Source: Phoronis australis (taxonomy: Eukaryota; Animalia; Phoronida). Taken from it: DNA of 64,000 nt. This document shows, piece by piece, positions 1 through 13,200 of the stretch. The notes beneath the pieces are model-generated. The model saw only the letters and a program-made list of their open reading frames with translations. It ran no database searches and was not told the origin of the DNA. Position numbers and translations under genes: made by a program. The stretch spans positions 758,362 to 822,361 of the forward strand of contig NMRA01000007.1 of assembly GCA_002633005.1 (NCBI GenBank), in the 5' to 3' direction. Positions within the stretch are counted from its first letter, which is position 1. Each line of letters starts with the position of its first letter.

Positions 1-1448
1 TTTTATATCAACAATAAACTGTTGGTCACGTTACTTTTTGTGCATTTCACGAACTTCTGAAAGTATACCCGAAACGATGACTTAAAGTAGCTGTGATTCC
101 CGATTCACCGGGAGTGCGACGTGCGTACATCCGACGCCAGAAGCTCCCCAAAAATCAAATCACGTGAAAGTACATGAGCGAAAGACGAGTATGCACGAGA
201 GCTTAAAAAGCGTAGTCTAGTAAAATGGCGGCCATTGAAGTGACTGGTCGGTGAGCTAGGAGGGTTGATTATGGATCATGATTCATTTTGTCCGCTCTAC
301 AAGTGACGAATTCTAGCCGCAAGTGCGAGTGTCTTGGGTCTAGGGAAAACACCCCAGGTGTAGCTCCCAACCTTTCCTATATTCAATCACGTGGGCACTC
401 ACAGGCGCTGATTAGTTAAATCCTCTTAAGTTTTTGTCAATCAACAATAAAATTATTGCGCGCAGTAATCAACACTTCACGGCTTATTTACATATCGTGT
501 AAAACGATCCATGGTCCGGACAATATAATCCGGCTGAAGATTTTAAAAGTGTATTAATACGTCCGTGTCATTATACTCAAGCAAAATACCACGGGAGAAG
601 CCCTGCAATAGAATCGCGATAAGTCCCCTAATACAAACAAATCTCGTGTTGAATACGCTGTGACATTTGACCAGCAAGTTTGACTAGGAATAAAAAGTCT
701 TCGACAGGTGAAATTTGCACTCAAGGACTGGGTACCAGGGTGTAGGAATTGCCTCATCGTCGTTTGCAAATTCTTTAATAGATCACAACGGAAATGTGCA
801 GGGCTTAAAATAATCGGAATTCGCAGTCTTCACTGAAAGTAGTGCGACTTGCTTTTGTGTTGCGGGGATTATTTCGAGTAAGGTTTTATCCGGGAATCCG
901 TAAAATCGCGAAATATTTTAAGAGTTACAAAGTTTCGCCAGTTTGTAAACACTTTTGAGAGAATCGATTAAATTGATAAAGCGCAGGTGCATAAGGGCGG
1001 AAGAATGACTTTCTGAGAGATGTTGACTGTTACTGTTTGTATTGTTTGCACGGGAGACGGTCTTCTACGACGTAGAAGGATCATTTAATTTATTGTAGAG
1101 TTGAGCATAGTCGCGAAAAAAGAAACAAAAAAAAATAAACTTATTTTCTCATTTCCAAATTCTCTGGGTGGGTACAAACCTTTTCTTGGTCACTAAAAGA
1201 CAAGAACATGCTTTACCTCTCCGTAAAATTAAAACTGATACGAATAATTAAACCAAACTCCATTTTACTTCACTAAATCTGCATGTCATCACCGTGTTGA
1301 AGTATCTGCATTCTCGTTCATTGAAAAGACTATTTAGGGATGAAATGTTGACTATTAACCTTTAATTTACCGTTTTCAGATTCTGGAATTGTACGTTGGA
1401 ACACGTGGATAATTTGTTCTTAAAAGTGGATTAAATTGTTCATACGTG

Positions 1449-1663
1449 TTAAAGCAGCATTAACTCGCGCTTTCTGTCAAAATAGCACAAGATTTTGCTT
1501 TAGACCACGCCTTCACCTGAAGGTTTACGAGCTTCGTTTGAAGAAATAACGAAATCATGTCTAAACTCAGTTTAGGAATTACATAAGAGCAGTTGTATAA
1601 CGGTAAGTAACCGAAATCAAACCTTGTTTTTGACAGAAAGCTCGGGTTTGAGACTCCCTTTAA
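1449..1663. mobile_element. TTAA-flanked MITE (Kolobok- or piggyBac-type target site)
   Basis: TTAA at 1449-1452 and 1660-1663, flanking ~45 bp imperfect TIRs (GCTTTCTGTCAAAA / TTTTGACAGAAAGC). The internal TTTAGACCACGCC motif recurs inverted near 29355 and, more loosely, near 54950. Confidence 0.7.
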
Positions 1664-4600
1664 TTAGAGAGATTTAAAAGCAAATTTCAATTTTCCACTA
1701 AATACTGGATAATTTTCTGTTAAGACATCCAGGTATGGTAAATCAAGTTCCCGCCACCCATTGCGCTGTGTACGGCTAGTCCCAGGTGTTAAACTCTCCA
1801 GATTATCCCTGGCTCACGGGGATTTTGGTCTAATTCACCAAGATAAACATCAATGAATAACCGAGGGCTGAATCAATTAATGCGTTAAAACGTGTTTGTT
1901 TTGAGATTTGTCCGTTTAGTACACAGAATTCCCATAAGAAAACACCACAATATCTGGCAGGTATTATTTCTGATAGACCACTGATATCATGGCGTATCTT
2001 CAGTTTTGTGCGCGAGAATTCGAGCATGAATATTTTAGCATAAAATATATGTGTTTAGCGCCTGTCAAACCCCTGCACGTAATGTTGTTTAGTTAAGTCG
2101 CTTAATTCCAGAAGCTTGTTTAGATTGATGGTTGTATCACAGAAGCTCCATTTAATGTGTCGATTAAACGTTATCAAAATAAATTAATACGTCACTGTTT
2201 TACGATACACCATACTAACATTGTTATCAAAGTTTCAGTCAAGTTTTCCAATTATAGTTTTGCACTCAATTACTCCGATGTTTAATTGTTCAATATGAAT
2301 ATGTATTAAACTATTAATGACAAAATAAACACGTCAGCAAGAAATGACTGGTTCAAGAGACGATATTCGCTAATTGTACTTGGGCAGAATATGACAAGTA
2401 GTCTAATAGTGCGATCAACTATTATGTTTTCTAATTGACGTAATGAAATGGAAGATTTGCAGTAATCTTCAATTAGGACCATTTCCGCTCTCGACGTTGG
2501 TACCAACAATATTCCATATTTGTCAATGTATCGCTTTGGAAATGAACACGTTACGCTCTTAGTTTTCTGTTGTTTGTAGGTGACTTACGTCAATAGCTTG
2601 TTCAGGACTGCGTTTCCAGACGCAAGACGTTAGCCATCGCCATATTTGCGTTATATAACAAATAGGTTTGTTCACCTGTCGGCAGATTTTGTGACAGTAA
2701 TTTAACGACATTCTCGCCCCGTTACCTTCTGCCGACGATCTGCCACCGTTGTCCCCAATCCATCCATCGTGCCTCCGTTAGCCTACGCGTCTCTTTCCCT
2801 AAAACATAGTAGTGTTCAGAGGTCTTCTCCAATATCACCATGAAGAAATACCAACATTTGGCACGCGTCGCCTTATAAATATATTAATTTCAGTGCACGT
2901 GCTTTTCACTGTCTAGTAAATGGCATTTTATGTGTAGGTCTACTTTTAAAATCCTTCCCAGGGAACTTCATTAGGTTTGTGTTGACGAGCGTCGTCTGCG
3001 CGTGTGACGGGGACTTTTCTCACTGACCCTGATACGAAACATAAAAGAATCCCTCACCTTACGATATTGTTTAACGTAAAAACTACAAATTCCCATAGGA
3101 ATTAAATGCTCGTTGAATTATACCGGAACAGAGGCCACTTTTTATAGTAAACAAGTAAATAACTTTGTCATCTCTTGTTAACTGTCTCCCACATAAGTGC
3201 GGTACTATTATACAAATGCTATTGTCAGTTTATTCAATCTGGTGTTTTCAAAACTAACTGAGCCCTCTATTGTACAAAGCTTCCAAAGAAAACTGTGAGC
3301 AATAGTCACGAATACAATTAGCGCACGGTTTCGCCCGGAAGCGCGCACAAGTCAATTCGTTGACTTTCGCCTTTTGTTTGGGGCCGATAAAAAGACACGA
3401 TGACGTTTTAAACAAAACTTGTGGCCAGCTGGACATAGGCTATGGAGTCTGAGACAAGCAAACTGTGTATACTTATTCAGTCACACAAAAACTACCAAAA
3501 GTTGGACAAAATATCACTGACTCTACGTAGGTAAAAAAAACTTTTTCTAATATTTGCAAAAACCATTGCAAAAAAGCCTTAAGCAACGTAATCGCCGAGA
3601 AAAATGATATTTTACAATTATTCTCATCGTGGATTCGCACATGTAACCCTCACTCAATCGCACTAGCTAAAAGACCATCGAGAGTGGCTTTGATTTTAGC
3701 GAATGTCCAGAAAACATCAGTGGGAATTGGCGATTTGTAAATAAAAATTACAAAAACAACGGATTTTATTGTTTTATAGTTCTGGTCAAAGCCAATAAGT
3801 TTGAAAATTTTATCCCATCCATCAAGAATCCCAAATGCGTTTTTCGGCCGTAAAACGCTACGTCCTTATAACGACGTTGTCATATTTCAAAGTCTAATTT
3901 ATGTTCACTGTGAAAAATGAGTATCATTAAGAGGTAACATTTCGTGAATGTCAACCCTGTATTTTTAATATTAATTTCCCATAATTATGTTATTCACTGT
4001 AACCCAACTGTGGAGTGCATTTTGTGGGTATTGTGTGGCAACTTCGAGAAACTTGACAAAATCTCAAGATGAAGGGGCATTATTTTATCAAATTAAATTG
4101 TATTTAAATTTGAAGTTTTATTGGAAGCGAAAACAGTATTTTTTAAATTGTTTTTAATCTCTCTCACCGCAAACAAGAAATCAAGAAGGTGCTCGCTAGA
4201 AATTTGTCCGCACGTGACGAACAAAGGTTTTGGTGAAAAATATATTTTTAATGCGTTTCGAAGTACATGTGTATATAGGAGAACAAACGTTTGTTCGTCC
4301 TATAACATTGAAACCTCAACCTTTTCAAGCGGGTGACGTATGTTGAATACTTTATATGCGAGAAAACCTTTGGATGGTGCCTGACGTTTCCAATGAATGA
4401 ACTTATATAACGTATCCCCACTTCTTTCAAATTTGCATTAATTTCTTAAAGAACTAATTCAATAAAAACATTGCCATGTTTTAAAGCGGATGCAGATACG
4501 AGCAAGGCGACGTAGTAAAACACGCCAATAAGATAATGACGTAATCGGTTAATTAAACGGTATCAGTTCTTTGTAAAATGTACTGTTTCGTTAATTCCTC

Positions 4601-6146
4601 TTATACAGCGAACATGACATTTCACTTTCCTTAGCTAAATGTCTTATCAGCGATTATCCGTTTTAGAAAGTCTTAGATAATCCCGCAGTTTGATCAATAC
4701 CCCGCTTGCATATTCGAAATCTTGGCGTTCTACCTTCGCACTTCCAGTTCGTTTCTTAGGAAATTGTTTCGTTTTGATTTCAATATGGTATTAAATTATC
4801 TTCTTGCTAGCTCAGAAGACAGGAGGTCTATGAATAGCAAATATATAATAAAAGTGGTATGTGTTGTTTGTCTGTTATAGTCTGACATGAAATGCATTAT
4901 GAAGAAAACTTGTGGCTATACTTATATAGAAAATTTATGTGTAAACATGTCTTCGTTTAGTATTTCACATACATTTGATTTTATTTAACAAAGTGCATTC
5001 TCACTTAGAAAATCATTCAGCCATCTGAAAAATACAATCGTGGACGCTCACATAGGCGGGTTTGCCGCTTTTAACTTTCCGCAGTAGCCTTGCCCCATTC
5101 GTTTGCGGTCTAGGCACGTTCTCGCCTGATTTTGTCTAATTTATACTCAAATACATGTTAATGGAATCATCTTTAAATTAATGGATTGACTGTCTAAATA
5201 TTTTTAGAAAAAGTATCCATTTAATACCAGCATCCTGTATTGTTCGCGTAATTATTGATTAATTACCGTTGAAAATCGGATAATTTGCCGCATATGTTGA
5301 CAATCGTGTTCCAAGCAAGTATTCATGAAAGACGCCGCCTATTGAGTTTTCTTAACAGTATTTGAAGAGAAATGATAAATATTTAAGTACACGGACTAAA
5401 TTTATATGCATGTATATATTGCCCATGGATTGACAAAATCGCGTGTAAATGTTACTGGCAGACGTCTCATGTCCCAAAATATAATTTTGTAAACAATCAT
5501 GAATTAGTGGTTTCATTTCTAATTATCTGTGATACTTTCACCAAAGTAAACACAGTAAATTGATTAAAATTCATTGATCTCTCATTTACTTAGTTTATCT
5601 CAAACAAACGGTTACAGTCAAAATACAAGACAAATATTTTTCAAGCTGCATTTTATAATTTTCGCTGAAGAAAAAAATGGTGGAAGTCTAGATAGTAAGA
5701 ATTTGGAGTTCGCGAAACCATTGATGAATCGCAAGTGTCTACATTACAGATGATAAAATTCCTTAATAAGTTTTTGAGCTGAGATGAGAAATGTTCAAAA
5801 CAAATTGCGCCCTCAAATCAAACTATTAAAAATGATATTTTCATAAAACGGTGATTGCCATTTCTGCGTCGTCTCGTCTTTTATTAACCGTAGGTATATG
5901 ATGACGAAAGTGTTAATTTGTTGGTTGATCTACAAGGCTTTCAAATTCACGCAATAAATGACGTCACTGCGCCACATACGCATTTCTATCATTTTGTGAG
6001 ACTGCACGAGTTCATGCCCCATCGATAAAATCGGAGATCCGCCACTGGTCAGTTAATACCTCTCTCAGGCTACCACAACACCTCGCCTGTCGCACTCATA
6101 AACACAGTACCTTCAGATGTGATTTGTAAATACGACTCGCGGCAAG

Positions 6147-6253
6147 AAAATCTAGTCAAGATCACGTGCTTTCATTGAGAAATGAATATACAGTAAAGTC
6201 TCGCGTAGTCTCGCGAAGTCTTGCTATTTAGCGAGGTCATAGCGTTACGGAAC
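6147..6253 (+). mobile_element. Truncated copy of a ~150 bp MITE family (copy 1 of 3)
   Basis: Aligns by eye to the copies at 21022 and 55761 (AAAATCTAGTCAAG.TCACGTG...TCTCGCGAAGTCTTGCT.TTTAGCGAGGTC.TAGCGTTAC). Confidence 0.7.
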
Positions 6254-6277
6254 TCTACCCAGATCAACTCCATTCAC

Positions 6278-7374
6278 CAGCCTCGTTCCCAAGCCTCAAA
6301 ATGGCGCTGATCGGTTTAGCCATTTGAGGCTTGGTTATGGGAATTACCTTCTGCCCGGCGATTGGCCGCTGACTTGACGTTATCAAAACAAAGGCAGATT
6401 TTAATTATTTCACAGGCGTTGTTGTTGCCATTCATGAAGCAGAAGGCGTTGTTTTGGTTATTGTTTGAAATAAAGGTTGTTGGCGTACTTATTTTCAATT
6501 CTTTTTTTATTATTAGTACCTTAGAAATTAATCTGTTTTCGCATCAAAACACGTCATTTTTGCAATAATTCAGACCTAACTTGCTGCAATATACCGTTAG
6601 TTTTCATTTTTTATAGAAAACTGCAGAATTTTTTAAAATTATATTACTCGTGATATTCCGGCGATTTCCGTAAAAAGTGTGTCAGCATTTCATTTCCTAG
6701 AACCAAGGGTAGCACTGAACAGGCTGCATCCAGGGAGCATTTTCTGGTCCCTAGCGTTTGTGTGCAGGGCGTATGTCAGGTTTGGCTGGTTGTTCGAGGA
6801 ATTTGTTGAAAACAAATGCCAGGAAACTGGTTCACTTGTGTTTTTGAATGAGAAAATACAAGTTTTTTAGCCGTGACCTATTTTTGATGCTTTCGACCCC
6901 TGTCGCCTGTTGTCCGAGAAACCGCGTGCGACTCCAGGTGGCTGTCAGACAGATCAAAATTGCCACTGTAGCTAGTAAGGGGCATACTATGACCACAATT
7001 TTAGAATCTAGAGATTGCGAGAATTCTGAACCTGTCACCGGATCTTTCTTAGCACTCGCAGGGAAGTGGAAATTTTGGGGAGAAAACTGTCAAATTTGGT
7101 GTTTTTTGGTAATATTTTTGCGTGCCGGGATTTTTTGCCGATGTGAATTAACCCACTAAAAATCTGTAGCGTAAGTAAGTTTCAGTAGTAGTGTTTCTGA
7201 GTTGGGAATGCTACAAAACCCTTTGTTTTTTCAGACACTCGATTAGCACGTGAGGAAAGGCCCATCTGTACTTCGGTGTGTGTCGGCAGCCAAAAGCCTG
7301 TTGTAACTGCAGTGTGCCCCCAAGCCTCAAATGATAAACCGATCAGCGCCATCTTGAGGCTTGGGACGAGGCTG
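6278..7374. mobile_element. Non-autonomous DNA transposon with ~57 bp TIRs and a 10 bp TSD
   Basis: TIR CAGCCTCGT(T)CCCAAGCCTCAA.ATGGCGCTGATCGGTTTA...CATTTGAGGCTTGG at both ends, inverted. Exact duplication CTCCATTCAC at 6268-6277 and 7375-7384. No transposase ORF. Confidence 0.9.
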
Positions 7375-8590
7375 CTCCATTCACCGGCTCATTAAATGTC
7401 TCACCGACTGCCGAGCACGGTGCCGGTCTACTTATCACGCGGCTCACTGACTCCATTCTCCGTGTTGGGCTGTCAGTGAGCCGTGTTTGTAAGTCCAGGC
7501 ACGAGTTTTGGGGGTGCGTGAGCCGCGTTTTGAGAGTCTGGCGCAGTGTTTCGTGGTCCGTGAACTAGGTTTATCAAGTTCGTGAGTCGCATATAAAAGT
7601 GCAACAAATATGTTTGTGGGCTCGGTAGCCATGCGGTTCGGGTAGCCTGTGTGTATTTGACCGTCATCTCCGAGTAGTATTAGATAAATACTACGGCAGC
7701 TTGTCATTTCTCTTTGTTAAATGCTTTCCTAATCCAAAGAAATGTGAGGTTTTGTCCTTCAGTAAGTTGAACAATTTAAACGCACTTGTTTTTGAATATT
7801 TACAGGCCTGATGCAATAGTTTGTAAGTTATGTTGACGGACATTATCGTCCATCCAATAGCAAAGTGTGATATGAAAAAAAATCCCGGACTTACTTGATA
7901 ACTGAAAACAACGTTTCTTCGGCAATTTCCGATTGCTTCAAGCTTCCATCACACCTGGTGATTTTGTAAATTGCAGATGCAGTCAAACATTTTTGTTCAA
8001 CTAGATGCTGTGGAATTTTGAAAAATCTTTCTCTAAACGGTTTCGTTCACAAAATTGTGGAAAACTTTTACTGAAGCTTATTTAAGAAGTATATATCCCG
8101 ACCAAAAGTTTCTGGACATTATACGTTCTGGAAGTCATGTTTACTTTTAACTTCAGTTCCAAGTATCGGAAAAGTGAGACCGCGGTTCCACGACCAGCTT
8201 TGGAAGATTTGTCGGCAAGCGTATTAACTAAGTGATGCTTAATGCTGGGGTGAAAAGAAATTCTCTTGCTTGTAACAGCAACTGCAAAGCTTGCCCACTA
8301 ACGCGCATCACCAGGAAATGATGTCAGCAACAACGTCAAACTGTGATCACATTGAGAGCTGTCAATCTCGTCGGATTTGTCAAATCAAGGCAAAGCCGTC
8401 TGACTGGTTTCCGAGCACGACATCCTGGTTCACCAACCTGTCGAAGGTAACTGACCTGGAACGCGTTCCTTTACGAAAGATAAACGCGAGTAATTGCTAG
8501 CTAGATCATGTGCTTCTCTTGCAACGCATGGCTGTAACTCTCGGAGACTTACGTGACCTTACCAAACTCGCAAGAAACTATTAGAACCAG

Positions 8591-8688
8591 ACCATTGCGT
8601 GTTCTAAGGAGCCATTTGCTGTCACCATTGCGTGTTCTAAGGAGCCATTTGCTATCACCATTGCGTGTTCTAAGGCCATTTGCTGTCA
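8591..8688. repeat. Minisatellite, 3 x 33 bp (ACCATTGCGTGTTCTAAGGAGCCATTTGCTGTC)
   Basis: Three head-to-tail near-identical copies; the third has a 2 bp deletion. Confidence 0.95.
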
Positions 8689-9426
8689 TACTATTTCGCA
8701 GTACTTCTTACATTGCTAATGTTTTGGTAGTGAAAAATACACATTTGTCCCATTATGTAAAACAGTCACTAAACATTACAAAAATGTCTTTTTTTCTAAT
8801 TGAGTACCGGCTTTGCAATAGGCTTATTACCAGAGGCACTATTGTTTTGGTAGAAAAATATGCGATACGTGCATCGGATTTTTTTCACTGTTGGTTTCTT
8901 TTATTGTTTGTTTGGCAACACAAAGTCACGTCTTCTGGATTAAAACATGTTTGGTGATGTTTTGAAAAAGAACATGTCCATTCATGGCAAAATAATTACT
9001 TGAATAGCATGACCATATTTCATTTGTTATAAAATCTCAAGATGAAATTTCAAGAACGCTTTTACAGTTTTATAAAATATTATTTTGTTTTCATTTTGTC
9101 CAGCTTTTGTGTTTTTTCATAAATTTCAAAAATCCCGTCGTTGATAGCAACTCACGTGGACAACAAAGAACAGCAGATCCGGTAGTGCGATGCAGAAAAC
9201 CGGGGATGTTCCGTTCATTGACCACCAAATTGGGTCGCAGAGTAGTTCTATGTTGAATAAGAATGTTCACGATGCCTTTGGCCTGAAAAATGTGCTTTAG
9301 TCAGTCCCCCTTGCGAGGTCACGTGTTCATAGAAAGGAAGTGTGTGGCCCTAGGATGTTGCCATAGAGTAGATATTTCAACTTTTCAGACACACCGTCAA
9401 AACTTTACTCTGGTCGAATACCCCCC

Positions 9427-9547
9427 ATAGGCGGATCCAGGGGGGTCAAAGGGGTCCAGGCCCCCTTTTTCCCTTGATTTTATTGATATCAAATCTAGAA
9501 TTTTCAATATTGACTTGGGCCCCCCTTTTTAAAAAATCCTTGATCCG
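9427..9547. mobile_element. Short degenerate MITE with GGCGGATCCAGG / CCTTGATCCG ends
   Basis: Imperfect inverted termini with G and C homopolymer tracts. The right end is damaged and no TSD was resolved. Confidence 0.45.
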
Positions 9548-9714
9548 AGTAGAGTAAGGTGGCAAAAATAATTTTGAGTTGGATTTTGAGTAAAAATATT
9601 AGAGCCGGTGCCCTGAAGTAGAGTATGATTACTTTTAGTGTAAGGTTCACAGGGGTTCGCCCCTGAGTGACCTTACGCTTCAATCGAAGACTTACATTCG
9701 GATGGGAAAATAAA

Positions 9715-9817
9715 ATGTATGTATGTATGTATGTATGTATGTATGTATGTATGTATGTATGTTTGTATGTATGTTTGTATGTATGTTTGTATGTATGTTT
9801 GTATGTATGTATGTATG
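9715..9817. repeat. (ATGT)n/(TTGT) tetranucleotide microsatellite
   Basis: About 25 units directly visible. Confidence 0.97.
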
Positions 9818-10200
9818 CATATGTTAATAATTTAAATAATATAATATAAATACAGTTACCCGATAGACGAATCACATTTGCGTATAACAACATGAGAGGT
9901 GGGATAAAGATATTCATAGAACTAATTTCAGCAAAATAAACAAATACACGAAGACATAAAACAACTATATATATATAATTGCAGGCGGTCTGATACACGT
10001 TGTACCAGGCGTGCGCAGGCCTCGCATGTGGGCCCATTGCACTAATCACCTGGAAATATTTTTATGCTTTATTAATATATGGTTAAAACCGAGCTGTGGA
10101 GCTAGAAACCTGGCTCAAGGGTTTAGCAGTGTGACCTGGTGGGACTCGAACCCACGACCTCGAGTAATGAAAGCGAGCACTTATCAACCAGGCCACACTG
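9715..10200 (-). mobile_element. tRNA-derived SINE, with its head at 10128-10200 and a probable (ACAT)n tail
   Basis: The minus-strand head has an A-box-like TGGCCTGGTTGA and a B box GGTTCGAGTCC. The cloverleaf is irregular (CGCTTTCA resembles a Glu-TTC loop). A microsatellite lies about 310 bp downstream of the head. Confidence 0.65.
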
Positions 10201-13200
10201 TCTCCTCTTTAAAAAAGAGGAGACAACTATAACTAATGAGGCTGCTATGTAATCAAAATTTGGGTTGACGATGTTGATTATTATAAATGATGGACACAAT
10301 TTCAGTTAAAAAATATTAAAATCTAAATTGAATCAACGGGAACTTCGAAGTAGAAATGACTCGCGTTGAGTAGATAATGCGATGACACATTGGTGTGAAC
10401 AGTCTTGTGTTACGTAATACGTGAGAGTTAATTACTCGCATAGGCTCAATAGAGTCCTCGGAATCAATATCAGATGAACGCACAGCAATAAAAACAAGTT
10501 TTCTTGAACATTGTCGGCGTTATTCTATCAGGGTTTACAGAAATTCTTCCGCACTTCGTCATGTGTTTTTGCGAAATTACAACAGTTGCAAGTTTGCAAC
10601 TTTATCACACATTTATCTTAAGGGGTTTCAAAGAACGCGAATCAAAGAGGAAACAGATACTATGGCAACAGAAGTTGGCGAACTTACCGTTTACTCCGAT
10701 CCAGTTGGAAATCGGTTTTGCTCTGTTGTGACTTATTTTTCGGCGGTTAAGACAGATTTCATGTATTCTATTCCAGCAATTTTTTAGTTACAAAATGACT
10801 GAAACTATAGTATTTCTGAATTTGTAAGAACTGAATGTTTCACCATTTCATCTGAATGTTTCATCATACACAAGCAGGTGAATCGTTAAAACAATTTAAG
10901 GAAGGTTACCTTCGTTACCAAGAACAGAAAATATTAAATAACGTTTAAGCATTAGTTCACTGAAGTTGGCCCATGAAACTAACTAGTTTTAGAATCCTTG
11001 AAACTTATGTGCACGAAAACAATGTTTTGATTTTCTTAATCACGTGATTGTGCTTTTTCTTAAAAATTGTGATTCTTCCCGGAAAATGTCAAACTTTCCA
11101 CAACATGATTTATTCGCACGACACTCTTTCTTTAAGGTCTTTTAGCCCGAGTGTTCGGCTGTCAAATATCAAGGTTCCTTTTTCCAGGAATGTTGACATC
11201 ATCATTTTAAACAAAGAGTTCTCAAGCTAAAAATCATTAGAATAGAATATCAGTCGCTCTTTTGTAGATAATAGAATAAAGACACGTGCGAAAAACTTCA
11301 TGTTTCTTAGAATTACGGCGACCTCCGTGAAAAAAATCTAATTTTGTTAGAAAAAACGATGTCACGTGACTACAACGAATACCTAGACATCGAGTGTTTC
11401 AAAAATATAGTTTTATGGGTCCATTTTTAGTATTAAAGAGTTATATAGGAAATTCTATCCTAGGTAATGAAGGTAGCCTACGACCTTGAAACAGTGACGT
11501 CATCAATGTCACACATGATAACATATCGCCCTAACCAACGACAGTACGAGAAGTCAAAATTAACACTTCCCTGATATAGTGTACACTATCGAAATCGGTA
11601 TTTTGACAAACAATCTACTGGAAAATAATAATTTCATTTATGACCCATTGTTTATCATTGTTTATGAATGGGAAGAATCGATATTCATGGAAATTGCCAT
11701 AGAACGGAGCTGTTAATAAAAGTGTAGTACTTGAAAAAAATATTTCTAACGCTCATCATCTGCAAATGAGATTTAGATGCATTTCAAATAGGTTTATTGG
11801 TTTTATTCTTTTGAGTCTCTGCGGTCGCAATTTCGAGGATTTCTCGCCAAAAAACTGACTGTTTCATGACAAACGACTCATCAATTAATTCAGATATTTC
11901 GACTTACTTCATAATTAAGAATTAAGGTTCTTGCCATGTAGAAGTAGTAGTTAGCACATGAAAAGAAATAATTTATGAAAATTGTGTTCTCAACTAGCGA
12001 TTGTTTGTATTTTTCGAGACATTGTACTTTTGCCGAGGGAGATAAAATTATTTTTCATAAATAATTGTGCTGAGCGACAGTCGATATTTCTGGCAAGTCA
12101 CTTTTCATGAAACGGGTACCTGGCGATAAAAGTGATCTGACGAAATTACTGATATTTGTTACTAATCTCATATTCAATATAAAGTTAAGGTGCTCTAGCG
12201 AGATAAAACTAAGATTTTTACTCAATTAATTCGTTAAAAATAACCAAAACTGCCATTTTAGTACCGTAAATAATAATATGCAAACAACTCTGATTTTACG
12301 ACAACTGTGTAATACTATCAAAAACTTTGTTAATACGGAAGTGAAATTTTCTTAACGACCGTCTTTGTAGGGAATTTGATAAGAAAGAAGTACATCTTTC
12401 TGCCATATTGTTTGCGGAACAAGAATTCTCGTACTTTTAATGCTTTCGTGACACCTGAATCCTTAACGGAAAATAAAAAGCGAAAGGTCTTTCTTTCTCA
12501 CTTCCATTTCGGTGCATTTATTTTTCGATCAACTGAACATCTCAAAAGGAGGAAATTTTGAGCTTGTCAAAAAACAATAAGTCATCTTAGTTTTCTCCTT
12601 GGCCAGTAAGACTACATCATAGCGAATCAAGGGGGTCTCATTTGGGAGAGTAACAACAGATTAGAATTTTTGCATTTTCGAAAGTTTTTCGTAATTCGCT
12701 GATACACGGAGATTCAAAATGTTGTTTTGTTTATGATAGCGAACTATGGACAATCAAACGGGAATTTTGTTTACTCCGAGAAAATATTTGTAATTCCGTA
12801 ATTGACATCCCTTTTGTACAAGGATGTTCGTATTTATTCATAAAAGATATAACTTGGCTTATCAAAATATTTGAAAGTGGAAATTGTAGTAGCTATTTTC
12901 TTAACATCTAATTTCTATACCTGTTGTCTGTCTGCGTGTAGCTGCGTGTGTTTACTCTGTAGATAGTCGGCGTGCTATTGTCATCTCTCGTGTGAACAGA
13001 TGATACCTATATATAGTTTGACATAGATATTCTATTCTCAGATTATTTTTATTTCCAAAACCCAGATGGACCGTCTCTGTTATCTGTTTTTTGTAGAATG
13101 TTAAAGTATTAGAAAGGTCAAGCCGAAATCAAATTGAAATAAATCATTTTGGCGGCAGTGAATCAGTATGGAGTACTAAAGGTTTGGAAAGTAAATAAGA

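Noticed and set aside
8553-8957. CRISPR-like array, or a 134-aa ORF with PLRVLRSHLLS repeats
   Set aside because: The 33 bp units are contiguous with no unique spacers, there are no cas genes, and the context is eukaryotic. It is a minisatellite.
9504-10049. 181-aa ORF with HTYI/HTYK repeats
   Set aside because: A read-through of the (ACAT)n microsatellite and SINE body, with no protein features.
10128-10200. tRNA gene
   Set aside because: A and B boxes are present but the D and anticodon arms are non-canonical and a repeat body and tail follow, which fits a SINE head better.
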